A stretch of 64,000 nt of DNA from Candidatus Binatia bacterium. Its GTDB lineage: Bacteria > Acidobacteriota > Terriglobia > Terriglobales > Acidobacteriaceae. The notes under the pieces are model-generated. The model ran no database searches. It was given only the letters and a program-made list of their open reading frames with translations, and had not been told where the DNA came from. Positions 11,301-18,444 of this stretch are shown here, piece by piece. The translations under genes and the position numbers were made by a program. Every line of letters starts with the position of its first letter. The stretch's first letter is position 1. The DNA lies in NCBI GenBank assembly GCA_035638375.1, contig DASRAA010000069.1, forward strand, positions 19,818 to 83,817, read 5' to 3'.

Positions 11301-11389
11301 ACCTCCGCCAGCTCCAGCTTGCTGGGACAAACCGCCTCGGACATCCGTTCCTTTTCTTTATCCATCTTCTCGCCGGTTCCGGTACTCAC
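8321..11389 (-). CDS. actB: Alternative Complex III subunit ActB (molybdopterin-oxidoreductase-like domain fused to 4Fe-4S domain)
   Basis: 1022 aa with a twin-arginine signal (SRRDFMKLM) and ferredoxin-type Cys clusters (CVGCKTCVVAC, CQQCENAPCETVC, CVGTRYCSNNC). The start could also be ATG 11365 or ATG 11344. Confidence 0.92.
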   Translation of the reverse strand: MSTGTGEKMDKEKERMSEAVCPSKLELAEVRERLSRANSGPQYWRSLEELAQTDGFFEMVHREFPRLASVWPEGASRRDFMKLMTASMALAGLSACVKQPIEPIVPYVRQPEPITLGIPLYFASAMPLAGYATPVLVESHEGRPTKVEGSPDHPAGVGSDVFAQASILDMYDPDRSQSVTYTGFIRAWSDFTNALQGPMNSQKAVQGSGLRILTRTVSSPTLAEQLDTLLKQYPQAKWVQYDPVGRDNVRAGSQLAFGQYVETHYNFDKADVILSLDGDFLSSGYPGFVLYTRQFASRRNPELKEKMSRFYMVESSPTNTGGKADHRLPAKASEVEGVARAIAAGLGVGSGSAKPEQQAFVAALVRDLQAHKGGALVIAGDNQPAAVHALAHAMNQALGAVGSTVYYTNPVEAKPQDQTAALKELVGDMSAGKVDLLVIIGGNPVYDAPADLKFGDAMGKVQLRVQHSLFQNETTDFVHWHINAAHYLEQWGDVRTIDGTATLIQPLIAPLYDGKSEYELVEALNGSPTTTGYEIVRRYWEQKMTGDFEAAWRKALNDGFVAGTALPAKTVAAKGSVPAASAPNQGAIEVMFRRDPTIYDGTFSNNAWLQETPKAMTQICWDNAVQVSVKTAEKLGLQTEDVVEIDVNGRRVTGPVWRTPGHPDDAVTLFFGYGRTKSGRVGTGVGFNAYDLRTSDAMYFAGGKVTKVGSGYGFANPQGWQYIDQSGIPGADNMSDRHIVRKATLDDFLKHPEFAKELGEAPSPEFSLYTTSKGLPLFQYTEAKWGMAIDMNSCVGCKTCVVACQAENNIPVVGKEQVMRGRHMNWLRVDVYYEGGTENPSAYYQPIPCQQCENAPCETVCPVGATVHSTEGLNDMVYNRCVGTRYCSNNCPYKVRRFNFLLWQDWTTPQYKMMRNPEVSVRSRGVMEKCTYCIQRIAAGRITAEKEGRSIKDGEIQTACQQACPAGAIVFGDLNDKNSKVSKLRADGRNYGLLEDLNTRPRTTYMAVVTNPNPEVEKPERS

Positions 11390-11433
11390 TTGCTATCCGA
11401 TGTTCAAGAAACTTTCGCAGCAAACTACTCGCT

Positions 11434-11494
11434 TGTCATTCCGAGCAGAGGCGTCGTCCGCCCGCGGCGGACGATGCCGGAGTCGAAGAACCCC
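11434..11494 (+). repeat. dispersed repeat family B
   Basis: TGTCATTCCGAGCAGAGG...CGGAGTCGAAGAACCCC with an internal palindrome CGTCGTCCGCC-cgc-GGCGGACGATG. It shares the GTCATCCTGAGCGAAG...GAGTCGAAGGACC framework with the copies at 16096, 21289 and 32162. It lies inside the actA-actB spacer. Confidence 0.75.
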
Positions 11495-11580
11495 AACCCT
11501 GCTTAAAATCCTTCCACCACTCCATAGGCTTGGTGTGGCTTTACCGGGGTGGAGCACCGCTTCTTTCCCTCCCCGGTGAA

Positions 11581-11639
11581 GCACCGCCTCAGCGGTGCAT
11601 TCCTCAACTCCTCTTTCACCGCGGGGTTAGCCGCTGAGG
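11581..11639. repeat. nested inverted repeats in the actA-actB spacer
   Basis: GCACCGC-ctca-GCGGTGC (11581-11598) forms a perfect 7-bp stem. CCTCAGCGG (11587-11595) pairs with CCGCTGAGG (11631-11639). Confidence 0.6.
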
Positions 11640-11652
11640 TCAATCGCTAAAA

Positions 11653-11680
11653 GCTAATTGCTAGTTGCTAGTCGCTTACC
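11653..11680. repeat. heptamer tandem array (4 units)
   Basis: GCTAATT GCTAGTT GCTAGTC GCTTACC. The last unit contains the actA stop codon (11676-11678, minus strand). Confidence 0.8.
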
Positions 11681-12374
11681 GATGGCACGTATTGCAACTC
11701 GTTATGCCCTCCACCGTCCTCACTTTGTATTGCGACTTCAGCGCCGTCCCCAGCTCAACCTGGTCCGTGTACTGCGTCCCCGCCACCAAAACCGGATGCG
11801 CCGAAGACGGCTGCTCATAATTCATGTTGAACACCTGGTCACGTGGCCGCAGATACTTCTCCGTCGCACGGTGGCACTCCAGGCACCACTCCATCCGCAT
11901 GGATGACTCCTGGTACATAAACGGCATCTTGTTCACCGGCCCGTGACAGGTCGCGCAGCCCACACCTTTGTTCACATGAATACTGTGATTGAAGTACACG
12001 TAGTCGGGCAGGTAATTGACCCTTGTCCACATCAGCGACTGCCCGGTCCGGTAGCTCTCCCGCACCGGCTCCAGCATCGCGGCATTGGTCCAGATCTGCG
12101 AATGGCAATTCATGCACGTCTTGGTCGGAGGAATCCCCGCATAACTCGACTGCTCCACCGACGTATGGCAGTACCGGCAATCGATCCCCAGTCCGGCATT
12201 GTGATGCTGATGACTGAACGGAACCGGCTGCGCCATCCGCACGCCCTGGTAAGTCACATACGGGGCGCGCTGCATCTCCCACGCCACCGTCAGCAGCACG
12301 GTAATCACCACGATCACCGCAAGCATCGACAGACGCGAACCGCTATTCGCACTACGATGAAAAATTTGTGCCAT
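11676..12374 (-). CDS. actA: Alternative Complex III penta-haem cytochrome c subunit ActA
   Basis: 232 aa with an N-terminal TM anchor and five CxxCH motifs (CRYCH, CMNCH, CATCH, CLECH, CNTCH). Confidence 0.9.
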   Translation of the reverse strand: MAQIFHRSANSGSRLSMLAVIVVITVLLTVAWEMQRAPYVTYQGVRMAQPVPFSHQHHNAGLGIDCRYCHTSVEQSSYAGIPPTKTCMNCHSQIWTNAAMLEPVRESYRTGQSLMWTRVNYLPDYVYFNHSIHVNKGVGCATCHGPVNKMPFMYQESSMRMEWCLECHRATEKYLRPRDQVFNMNYEQPSSAHPVLVAGTQYTDQVELGTALKSQYKVRTVEGITSCNTCHR

Positions 12375-12588
12375 GTACGAAGCTATCCAGTTTTGCGGGT
12401 ACAGCGCTGAACCCCATCAACGCTCGATTTCACGCGGTTGTAAGCCTGCGAACTGTAGGGGTGTGATGCGTATCACCCAAGCGAGTGATTATAACAAGTC
12501 GGCTTCACTGCTGTGCAAGCAGACATTTTGCGCAGCATCGTGACTGTTTTCTCGGTGCGCCAATTGCATCACTGGCAGTGCACTTTCC

Positions 12589-12622
12589 GTTGTGATTCAC
12601 AACACCATGAATCGATATCGAT
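12589..12622. promoter_or_regulatory. candidate operator palindromes in the divergent actA / acpS control region
   Basis: GTTGTGA-T-TCACAAC (12589-12603) has perfect 7-bp arms. ATCGATATCGAT (12611-12622) is a perfect 12-bp palindrome. Both lie about 215 nt from each flanking start codon. No known operator consensus was matched. Confidence 0.25.
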
Positions 12623-12627
12623 CGAGA

Positions 12628-12674
12628 GTGGGGCGCCCATCTTTTCGCTGTCTTTTGGCGAAAGGGGTGGGACC
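12628..12674 (+). repeat. dispersed palindromic repeat family C
   Basis: GTGGGGCGCCCATCTTTTCGCtgtcttttgGCGAAAGGGGTGGGACC. The left arm (CCCATCTTTTCGC) pairs with the right arm (GCGAAAGGGGTGGG). Confidence 0.75.
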
Positions 12675-12815
12675 GGAAATTTCCGCAAGCGAAACCTTCT
12701 CTGAACAACCATCTAAAGTTCCGTTGCGCTTTAGCTGATAGCTGATGACTGACGCCTATTCCGGGTTTCCCATGAATTTGCGACGATTCCCCGCCTTCCA
12801 TTTACATTTACACAC

Positions 12816-13202
12816 ATGATCGTAGGAACAGGAATCGACAGCGCCGAGGTGGAGCGGATCGCCCAAAGTATTGGGCGGTTCGGAGCCCGCTTCACGGAGC
12901 GTGTCTTTACAGCCGAAGAAATCCGCTATTGCGAATCGAAGGCAAATAGGGTTGAGCGCTACGCGGCAAGATTTGCTGCCAAGGAAGCCGGCATGAAGGC
13001 CATCGGGACCGGATGGAGCCAGGGAGTGCGTTGGCGCGACATCGAGGTTCAGCGTCTTCCCGGCGGCAGGCCGACCCTGGCGTTCCATGGCAAAGCTGGC
13101 GAATTCTTCTCCCGCCTCGGCGCAACGCAAGCCCACCTTTCCTTGACCCACACAAAAGGAATGGCGATGGCAGTGGTCATCCTGGAAAACAGAGGCCAAT
13201 AA
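12816..13202 (+). CDS. acpS: holo-[acyl-carrier-protein] synthase (4'-phosphopantetheinyl transferase)
   Basis: 128 aa. MIVGTGIDSAEVERI, FAAKEAGMKA and LSLTHTKGMAMAVVILE are characteristic AcpS segments. Confidence 0.93.
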   Translation: MIVGTGIDSAEVERIAQSIGRFGARFTERVFTAEEIRYCESKANRVERYAARFAAKEAGMKAIGTGWSQGVRWRDIEVQRLPGGRPTLAFHGKAGEFFSRLGATQAHLSLTHTKGMAMAVVILENRGQ

Positions 13203-13520
13203 TCGGTCTCTTATCAGCAACAGTCAGAAAGGCTAAGGGCAAAGAGCGAGGAGCGAAAAACCGACGACGGTTTGAGCCATTGTACTACTATCAAGGCATG
13301 GCGTCTTAACTTCAACAAATAAAAGGTCTTGGCCGGCAGTAGGCCCCCTCCTGCCTCATTCCAGTGCAAATTTGCTTGGGGAATTGTCGTTCCACTGCTA
13401 TCATAAAATCGCTCGATTGATCGACGTTGTACGCAGCAGTTCCTGCCTTGCAGCATCCCTGCCTGCTTCACAATCCGTTCGAATCGCAGCTATATCAATT
13501 TCGAAGGAACAAGTAACACA

Positions 13521-13721
13521 ATGGAACAAGGAACAGTTAAGTGGTTCAATGACGCGAAGGGCTACGGCTTCATCAGCCGTCAGAACGGTGAAGACGTTTT
13601 CGTTCACTACTCTGCCATCCAGGCCGGCGGCTTCCGCAGCCTCCAGGAAGGCCAGACCGTTCAGTTCAACGTTGTCAAGGGCCCCAAGGGTTGGCAGGCG
13701 GAAAACGTCCAGATCGTCTAA
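13521..13721 (+). CDS. cspA: cold-shock protein (CspA family)
   Basis: 66 aa with RNP1 (KGYGFI) and RNP2 (VFVHYS) motifs. About 300 nt of gene-free upstream sequence is compatible with a long csp leader. Confidence 0.97.
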   Translation: MEQGTVKWFNDAKGYGFISRQNGEDVFVHYSAIQAGGFRSLQEGQTVQFNVVKGPKGWQAENVQIV

Positions 13722-13746
13722 CGTCCGAGCACAAATTAATAGCTAA

Positions 13747-13777
13747 GGCGGTCTTCCCCCGGACCGCCTTTCGCTTT
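13747..13777 (+). terminator. intrinsic terminator of cspA
   Basis: GGCGGTC (13747-13753) pairs with GACCGCC (13762-13768) around an 8-nt loop, followed by TTTCGCTTTC. It lies 26 nt after the cspA stop. Confidence 0.7.
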
Positions 13778-13810
13778 CTGCGACCAAAAAAATTAGCCCG
13801 GATCGTGCTT

Positions 13811-13900
13811 AACGGCGGAGCCGCGACGTGCTTCTGGGCGTAGGCTTCGGCCGCTTAAAAGTGTCCAATTACATCCCAGCCGCGGAGCGGCGTCTTTAGC
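13811..13900 (+). repeat. dispersed repeat family D
   Basis: AACGGCGGAGCCGCGACGTGCTTCT ... CCGCGGAGCGGCGTCTTTAGC. A second copy at 21891-21980 shares both blocks (AACGGCGGAGCCGTGACGTGTTTTT ... CCGCGGAGCGCGGTCTTTGCC). Confidence 0.6.
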
Positions 13901-13901
13901 G

Positions 13902-13946
13902 CCGGATGCCCTATCCTTTCGCCCTTCTCTGACAGAGGCTGGGCTC
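13902..13946 (+). repeat. repeat family C (variant)
   Basis: CCGGATGCCCTATCCTTTCGCCCTTCTCTGACAGAGGCTGGGCTC. The GCCCTATC...TTTCGCC core is shared with the copies at 21661 and 35914. Confidence 0.5.
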
Positions 13947-13959
13947 CCGCCACCGCAAA

Positions 13960-13987
13960 GCTGATGCCTGATGCTCGGCGCCTGACA
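13960..13987. repeat. weak heptamer array (4 units)
   Basis: GCTGATG CCTGATG CTCGGCG CCTGACA. Confidence 0.4.
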
Positions 13988-14130
13988 ACCACCCCCTGGG
14001 ACAAGCCGCTCTCCGTCAGCCCCGAACCGCTACCTCTCAGGTGCAAATTGCAACTTTTGCGCTATAGGCCCGGAGTCGCTTCTGGCGTATAAATCCTGCA
14101 CTCGAACTTCTCTACACTCAGGGGCCTATC

Positions 14131-15216
14131 ATGCGCCACGCTTCACGCGGCTTTGGCGTAAGGAATTGCGCGCTTCGTCTCGCAATCGGGCTGGCCTTTG
14201 CCAGTGCGCTGCTGCTTCCCGCCTGTTTCGCCCAGGATCCGCCGAACTCACGGTCATCCGATACATCTGATCACGCCCTTACCTGCGTTCTCCGCGATCT
14301 CAACGGACATCCCCTCTCCGCGATTGCAATTGAACTGCGCTCCGCCTCGCCGCCGCTGGAAAGAATCCGCGCCCTAACTGAGTCCGATGGCTCCTACACA
14401 TTCGGGGGTCTGCGTGAAGGCGAGTACATCGTGACTGCGGCGGGAGGCCTTCTCTCCCAGCCTCAGCACCTACAGATTCATAGCGAACACGCCACGCTCT
14501 CGCTGCGCCTGCCCATCGAACTCCCCGCAGTACCGAGTCACACCGCCGACCTCGTCTCCGTTCAACAGTTGCGCCCGCCCACGAAGGCGGAGCAAACGTT
14601 ACTGAAAGCCACCGAGGCCTGGACCCACAACGATAGGCATCTGAGCCGAGCGCTTGCCCTGGAGGCGCTGCATCAGCAGCCGGACTATGCCCTTGCACTC
14701 ACACTTCTCGGCATGATTGACCTGCAGGAAGGCCACGCCGATGAAGCGATCAGCAATCTCCTGCAGTCCCTCCGTCAATGTGCAATCGCGCCCCGCACCT
14801 ATCTGGTTTTAGCGTCGGCTTACAACCAGCAGCACCGCAATGCCGAGGCCTTGGACGCCCTTTCCATCGCCTCGAAACTGCTGACTGGCAGTTGGCAGCT
14901 ACACTATGAAACCGGCCGCGCGTATCTGGGCGAGGGACGGTTCCAGTCAGCCGTCACCGAATTCGACACCGCCCAGCAGCTCACCACCGACGACAACATT
15001 GTGGTTCGGCTGGGGAAGGCCCACGCTCTACTGGGATTGCAAGACTATGATGGGGCCCGCGCAGAACTCGCCAGAATTCTCGAGAAATCGCCGCACGGCA
15101 TCTACAGCGACGAATCGCGTAAGTTGGCCGGACTGATCGACGCTCACCGTGCCCCGGCAAACAACTCCGCTGACGCCGATCCAAACGTCGCCGCCAGTGT
15201 CCGTATCGAGCACTGA
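14131..15216 (+). CDS. secreted protein with CarboxypepD_reg-like domain and TPR repeats
   Basis: 361 aa with a signal peptide (LAIGLAFASALLLPACFAQ), an Ig-like segment (DGSYTFGGLREGEYIVTA) and C-terminal TPR-like helical repeats. Confidence 0.65.
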   Translation: MRHASRGFGVRNCALRLAIGLAFASALLLPACFAQDPPNSRSSDTSDHALTCVLRDLNGHPLSAIAIELRSASPPLERIRALTESDGSYTFGGLREGEYIVTAAGGLLSQPQHLQIHSEHATLSLRLPIELPAVPSHTADLVSVQQLRPPTKAEQTLLKATEAWTHNDRHLSRALALEALHQQPDYALALTLLGMIDLQEGHADEAISNLLQSLRQCAIAPRTYLVLASAYNQQHRNAEALDALSIASKLLTGSWQLHYETGRAYLGEGRFQSAVTEFDTAQQLTTDDNIVVRLGKAHALLGLQDYDGARAELARILEKSPHGIYSDESRKLAGLIDAHRAPANNSADADPNVAASVRIEH

Positions 15217-15223
15217 AATGAGT

Positions 15224-15251
15224 TTTCAGGTGTCAGGTCTCAGGTTCCCGG
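15224..15251. repeat. heptamer tandem array (4 units)
   Basis: TTTCAGG TGTCAGG TCTCAGG TTCCCGG, starting 8 nt after the stop of the TPR gene. The reverse strand carries TGA in every unit. Confidence 0.75.
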
Positions 15252-15291
15252 CTATCAGCTTGGAATGACGATTGGAGCCTGAAACCTTACG

Positions 15292-15319
15292 CCTGACACT
15301 GACCACTGACAACTGCCTT
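15292..15319. repeat. heptamer tandem array (4 units), inverted relative to 15224-15251
   Basis: CCTGACA CTGACCA CTGACAA CTGCCTT. It abuts the stop (15319-15321) of the minus-strand gene. CCTGACA is the reverse complement of the TGTCAGG unit in the partner array. Confidence 0.75.
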
Positions 15320-16020
15320 TAAACTCCCGCCGCTGCCACCCCCGAGTAATACCTCTGAGTCCTCGGCAACTTCGCGGCATATCCCAACAAAAAGAAGAAC
15401 GCGGTCGATAACAAACAAATCACCAGCCGAGTCCGCGCCAGCGGCAGCGGCTCCAGATTCATAAACTTGCCCAACCGCCACGCGGCCCAATTCACCACCT
15501 GTGTCGGCACCACCGTCCAGATCGCCACATAAAACCACGCTCGCTCGGCTCCTTCGCCGAACGTATCTTGCTTCGCACGCGGAGTGAGGTTCATCACCGT
15601 TCCCAGCACCACCAACAGGGCCAGCGGATAATATGCGTACTGATACAGCTCCTTCAGCATCCACTGCCCAGTCGCCGCCGCAATGCATAAACCAATAACA
15701 TTCAGCGCAAACGGCACAATAATGTCGATCCACGCCGCCGTGTAGCACACTACGCGATACCACAGGTTCGGCTGATGCACACCGTAGTAGTGAATGTAAG
15801 GACGCTGCTCGCACCCCGGCACCCGCCCCAGCCACCCTCGCCAGAACACTACTGCTGCCACAATCCCCAGCCAAATCCAGTGCCGCCGGTCCGGCCCGTG
15901 TGTGTACAGGTCGTAGGTGAGCGGCCACCCTGGCAGCACCCAAAACACCCATATCCAGATGGGGGTGTGCAGCACGCGGTAATATCCCTTGTTCTTTTCC
16001 CGAAAAACAGCCTGCTTCAT
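15319..16020 (-). CDS. hypothetical polytopic membrane protein
   Basis: About 6 hydrophobic helices (for example IWIWVFWVLPGW and LALLVVLGTVMNL). I moved the start to ATG 16020 (MKQAVF) because the ORF-track start at 16101 lies inside a family-B repeat. Confidence 0.6.
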   Translation of the reverse strand: MKQAVFREKNKGYYRVLHTPIWIWVFWVLPGWPLTYDLYTHGPDRRHWIWLGIVAAVVFWRGWLGRVPGCEQRPYIHYYGVHQPNLWYRVVCYTAAWIDIIVPFALNVIGLCIAAATGQWMLKELYQYAYYPLALLVVLGTVMNLTPRAKQDTFGEGAERAWFYVAIWTVVPTQVVNWAAWRLGKFMNLEPLPLARTRLVICLLSTAFFFLLGYAAKLPRTQRYYSGVAAAGV

Positions 16021-16095
16021 ACGTGAACTTTGAGGATAGCGATTGCGCCGGACCCAGCGCAAACCTTCGTTCACAGTGAACTCCCCGGTTAAGTG

Positions 16096-16150
16096 TGTCA
16101 TCCTGAGAGAAGCGAGGCTGCGCAGCGGACGAGCGGAGTCGAAGGACCCC
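16096..16150 (+). repeat. dispersed repeat family B
   Basis: TGTCATCCTGAGAGAAGCGAGGCTGCGCAGCGGACGAGCGGAGTCGAAGGACCCC. Confidence 0.8.
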
Positions 16151-16203
16151 TTTTGAGCGAAGTGTCTCCCTTAGGACAGGACGGACGGCTGGCAGCTAGT
16201 TGC

Positions 16204-16791
16204 TCACAACAACCTTCCTCCGTCGTACAGCAGCTTCCCCTCCACCAGCTGCGCCTCCGCCATCAACGTATGTTTCCTCGGCGTCTGCTTCTCGTCGTCG
16301 ATGTGCAGCACACTATGCCCATGCGCCACCAGGTAGTCGCTCACCAGCATGCGATGACACTGAAAGCACATCCGCTCCGCACACATGATCGCCGTCCCAC
16401 TCCTGGGTGCCCCACCCTTATCGTCGGCTCTAGGCGACGGTAAAATCAGATCACTGCGCGAAGCGATCTCCAGCAATCTACCAATCCCCTCCGCAAACTC
16501 CTCCGTCATCATGTAGTCCGCATAATTGCGAAACGAATCATTCCGCAACCCTGTATTCGGCGACTCCTTCAGCACTTTCTTCCGTCGCCCACCCAGCTCT
16601 CTCATCCACACGTACCGAATTCCACATCGTGGGAGCTCCACTTCCAGCGACTCTCGATTGAAATGCGGCTGCCTCCGCGACAGGGGAAACGCCCGTATGT
16701 CCACCAGCGTCACAATCCCATGTTTCCGCAACGCCGCAACCAACTCGTCGAACGTTCGCGTCGAATGTCCAATGGTGTAAATGACGGCCAC
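16204..16791 (-). CDS. DUF488 family protein
   Basis: (M)AVIYTIGHSTRTFDELV...IVTLVDIR...CAERMCFQCHR matches the DUF488 pattern. A GTG at 16791 gives the canonical N-terminus. The gene contains an apparent in-frame repeat insertion at 16402-16449. Confidence 0.8.
   Translation of the reverse strand: MAVIYTIGHSTRTFDELVAALRKHGIVTLVDIRAFPLSRRQPHFNRESLEVELPRCGIRYVWMRELGGRRKKVLKESPNTGLRNDSFRNYADYMMTEEFAEGIGRLLEIASRSDLILPSPRADDKGGAPRSGTAIMCAERMCFQCHRMLVSDYLVAHGHSVLHIDDEKQTPRKHTLMAEAQLVEGKLLYDGGRLL
16402..16449 (+). repeat. repeat family C-like element inside the DUF488 coding sequence
   Basis: CCTGGGTGCCCCACCCTTATCGTCGgctctagGCGACGGTAAAATCAG. It has the same 5' block (CCTGGGTGCCCCA) as the selA and intergenic copies, plus an internal hairpin. 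It translates as LILPSPRADDKGGAPRSG in the gene frame. Confidence 0.55.
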
Positions 16792-16855
16792 AACGAACCT
16801 AAGAGATAGGATCCAAGCCTTTGCGCCCGCTTTTGGAGGAGGCGCAGAAAGCAAA

Positions 16856-16883
16856 AACTACAAATTACCAATTACTAATCAAT
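16856..16883. repeat. heptamer tandem array (4 units)
   Basis: AACTACA AATTACC AATTACT AATCAAT. It contains the selA stop (16875-16877) and encodes the last selA residues. Confidence 0.75.
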
Positions 16884-18395
16884 TATGCTCTCCACCGCCC
16901 TCAACACCGCCTCATCCTTGTCCGGCTCCACCGTCCGCAGATCCAGCAACACCTGCCCCTGTTCTACCCTCGCAATCACCGGCGTTTCCCACTCGCGCAA
17001 CTTTCGCGCAATCTCATCGGCTCCCATCTCCGCTGACGACACCGCCACCGCCCGGCTGGCCAGCGTCGCCCCCGGAGCCGACCCTCCCCCAATCACCGAC
17101 TGCACCTGCACAACCTGCACCCTCAGCTTCGGCGAGCTGATACGCAGTTTGCGCATCATGTGCTCCGCGCGCTCGTCGATCTGCTCTTCCGTCAGCCTCA
17201 TCATCCGTAACGCCGGAATCGCATCGTAATCCCCCCGCAGATACGCCAGCATCGTCGCCTCCAGCGCCGCATAAAACATCTTGTCCGCCCGCAGCGCGCG
17301 AAACAACGGATTCTTCCTCACCTTCGCCACCAGCTCCGGCGTCCCGCTGATCAGCCCCGCCTGCGGACCGCCCAGCAGCTTGTCGCCGCTGAACGTCACC
17401 ACGTCCACGCCCTTCCGCAGACTTGCCGCAATCGTCGGCTCGCCATGCACGCCTACCGTCCGCAAATCAAAAATGTCTCCGCTTCCCAAATCCTCCATCA
17501 GCGGAATCCCACGCTTCCGCGCCAACGCCGACAACTCCTCCAACGACGGCTGCTCGGTAAACCCCCTGATCTCGAAATTTGACCGATGCACTCGCAGCAG
17601 CAGCCTCGTCTTCTCGTTGATCGCCCGCTCGTAATCCGCAATTCGCGTGCGGTTCGTCGTCCCCACCTCGCGCAACACCGCCCCCGACTTCGCCATCACA
17701 TCGGGAATGCGAAACGACCCGCCAATCTCCACCAGCTCGCCGCGTGACACGATGACCTCGCCGCCTTGCGCCAGTGTGTTGAGCGTGATCAACACCGCCG
17801 CTGCATTGTTGTTGACAACAATCGTCGCAATCTCACCCAACGAAAAGCCTGGGTGCCCCACTTCGCATTCTTTTGGCGGGGTAGGTAGGACGGAATCTGG
17901 GTGCCCCATCATTTCTCTTCTTTTGGGAGAGGGTGGAATAGAAACTCCTGCACCGCCGAGTAACTTCTCGAACAACCGACTCACATGCACATCCCGCTCG
18001 CCGCGCTCCCCGCTCTCCAAATCCATCTCAATGTTTGAGTACCCCCGCGCCACCTCCACCACATGCCTTAGAGCCTCTTCACTCAGCGGAGCCCTCCCCA
18101 GATTCGTATGCAGAATCACGCCTGTCGCATTGATGACCGGCCGCAGCGAGTACGCCATCGCCTGTCCCAGTCGCCGCTCAATCTCCGCCGGAGCGCCCTC
18201 CACCGCCGCCGTGACCTCTTGCTCGCTCATCTCCCCCCGTGCAATTCGCGAACGCAACTCTTCCAGCAGCGTGCGCGACGCTTCAACCGCAACCGCGTGT
18301 CCAAACTTCGTGGCAACAGGCTGCGCCTCGCGCAGCAACTCATCCACGCTCGGCAGTAACCGAAACAATTCGGATTGCGAAGGGACGCTCACCAC
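16875..18395 (-). CDS. selA: L-seryl-tRNA(Sec) selenium transferase
   Basis: 506 aa with an LLPSVDELL N-terminus, VVNNNAAAVL, SRGELVEIGGSFRIPDVM and the PLP-lysine motif FSGDKLLGGPQAG. It carries an extra segment of about 36 aa (aa 151-186). Confidence 0.93.
   Translation of the reverse strand: MVSVPSQSELFRLLPSVDELLREAQPVATKFGHAVAVEASRTLLEELRSRIARGEMSEQEVTAAVEGAPAEIERRLGQAMAYSLRPVINATGVILHTNLGRAPLSEEALRHVVEVARGYSNIEMDLESGERGERDVHVSRLFEKLLGGAGVSIPPSPKRREMMGHPDSVLPTPPKECEVGHPGFSLGEIATIVVNNNAAAVLITLNTLAQGGEVIVSRGELVEIGGSFRIPDVMAKSGAVLREVGTTNRTRIADYERAINEKTRLLLRVHRSNFEIRGFTEQPSLEELSALARKRGIPLMEDLGSGDIFDLRTVGVHGEPTIAASLRKGVDVVTFSGDKLLGGPQAGLISGTPELVAKVRKNPLFRALRADKMFYAALEATMLAYLRGDYDAIPALRMMRLTEEQIDERAEHMMRKLRISSPKLRVQVVQVQSVIGGGSAPGATLASRAVAVSSAEMGADEIARKLREWETPVIARVEQGQVLLDLRTVEPDKDEAVLRAVESIID
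17848..17941 (+). repeat. two tandem family C elements inside selA (in frame)
   Basis: Copy 1 (17848-17889) is CCTGGGTGCCCCACTTCGCATTCTTTTGGCGGGGTAGGTAGG. Copy 2 (17896-17941) is TCTGGGTGCCCCATCATTTCTCTTCTTTTGGGAGAGGGTGGAATAG. Both align with the intergenic copies at 12628, 22056 and 50313. Confidence 0.75.
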
Positions 18396-18444
18396 TGACT
18401 AGTCTGCGAGACTCGCCCCTCCGGTGGCAAGGGTACTGGGCTGT

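Noticed and set aside
13203-13520. cspA promoter or cold-box call
   Set aside because: Several weak -35/-10 combinations exist (for example TTGGGG-17-TATCAT around 13376-13404). None is good enough to call without transcription-start data.
16093-16443. 116-aa ORF starting MCHPERSEAAQRTSGVEGPLL
   Set aside because: Its N-terminus is the translation of a family B repeat, and the remainder is antisense to the DUF488 gene.
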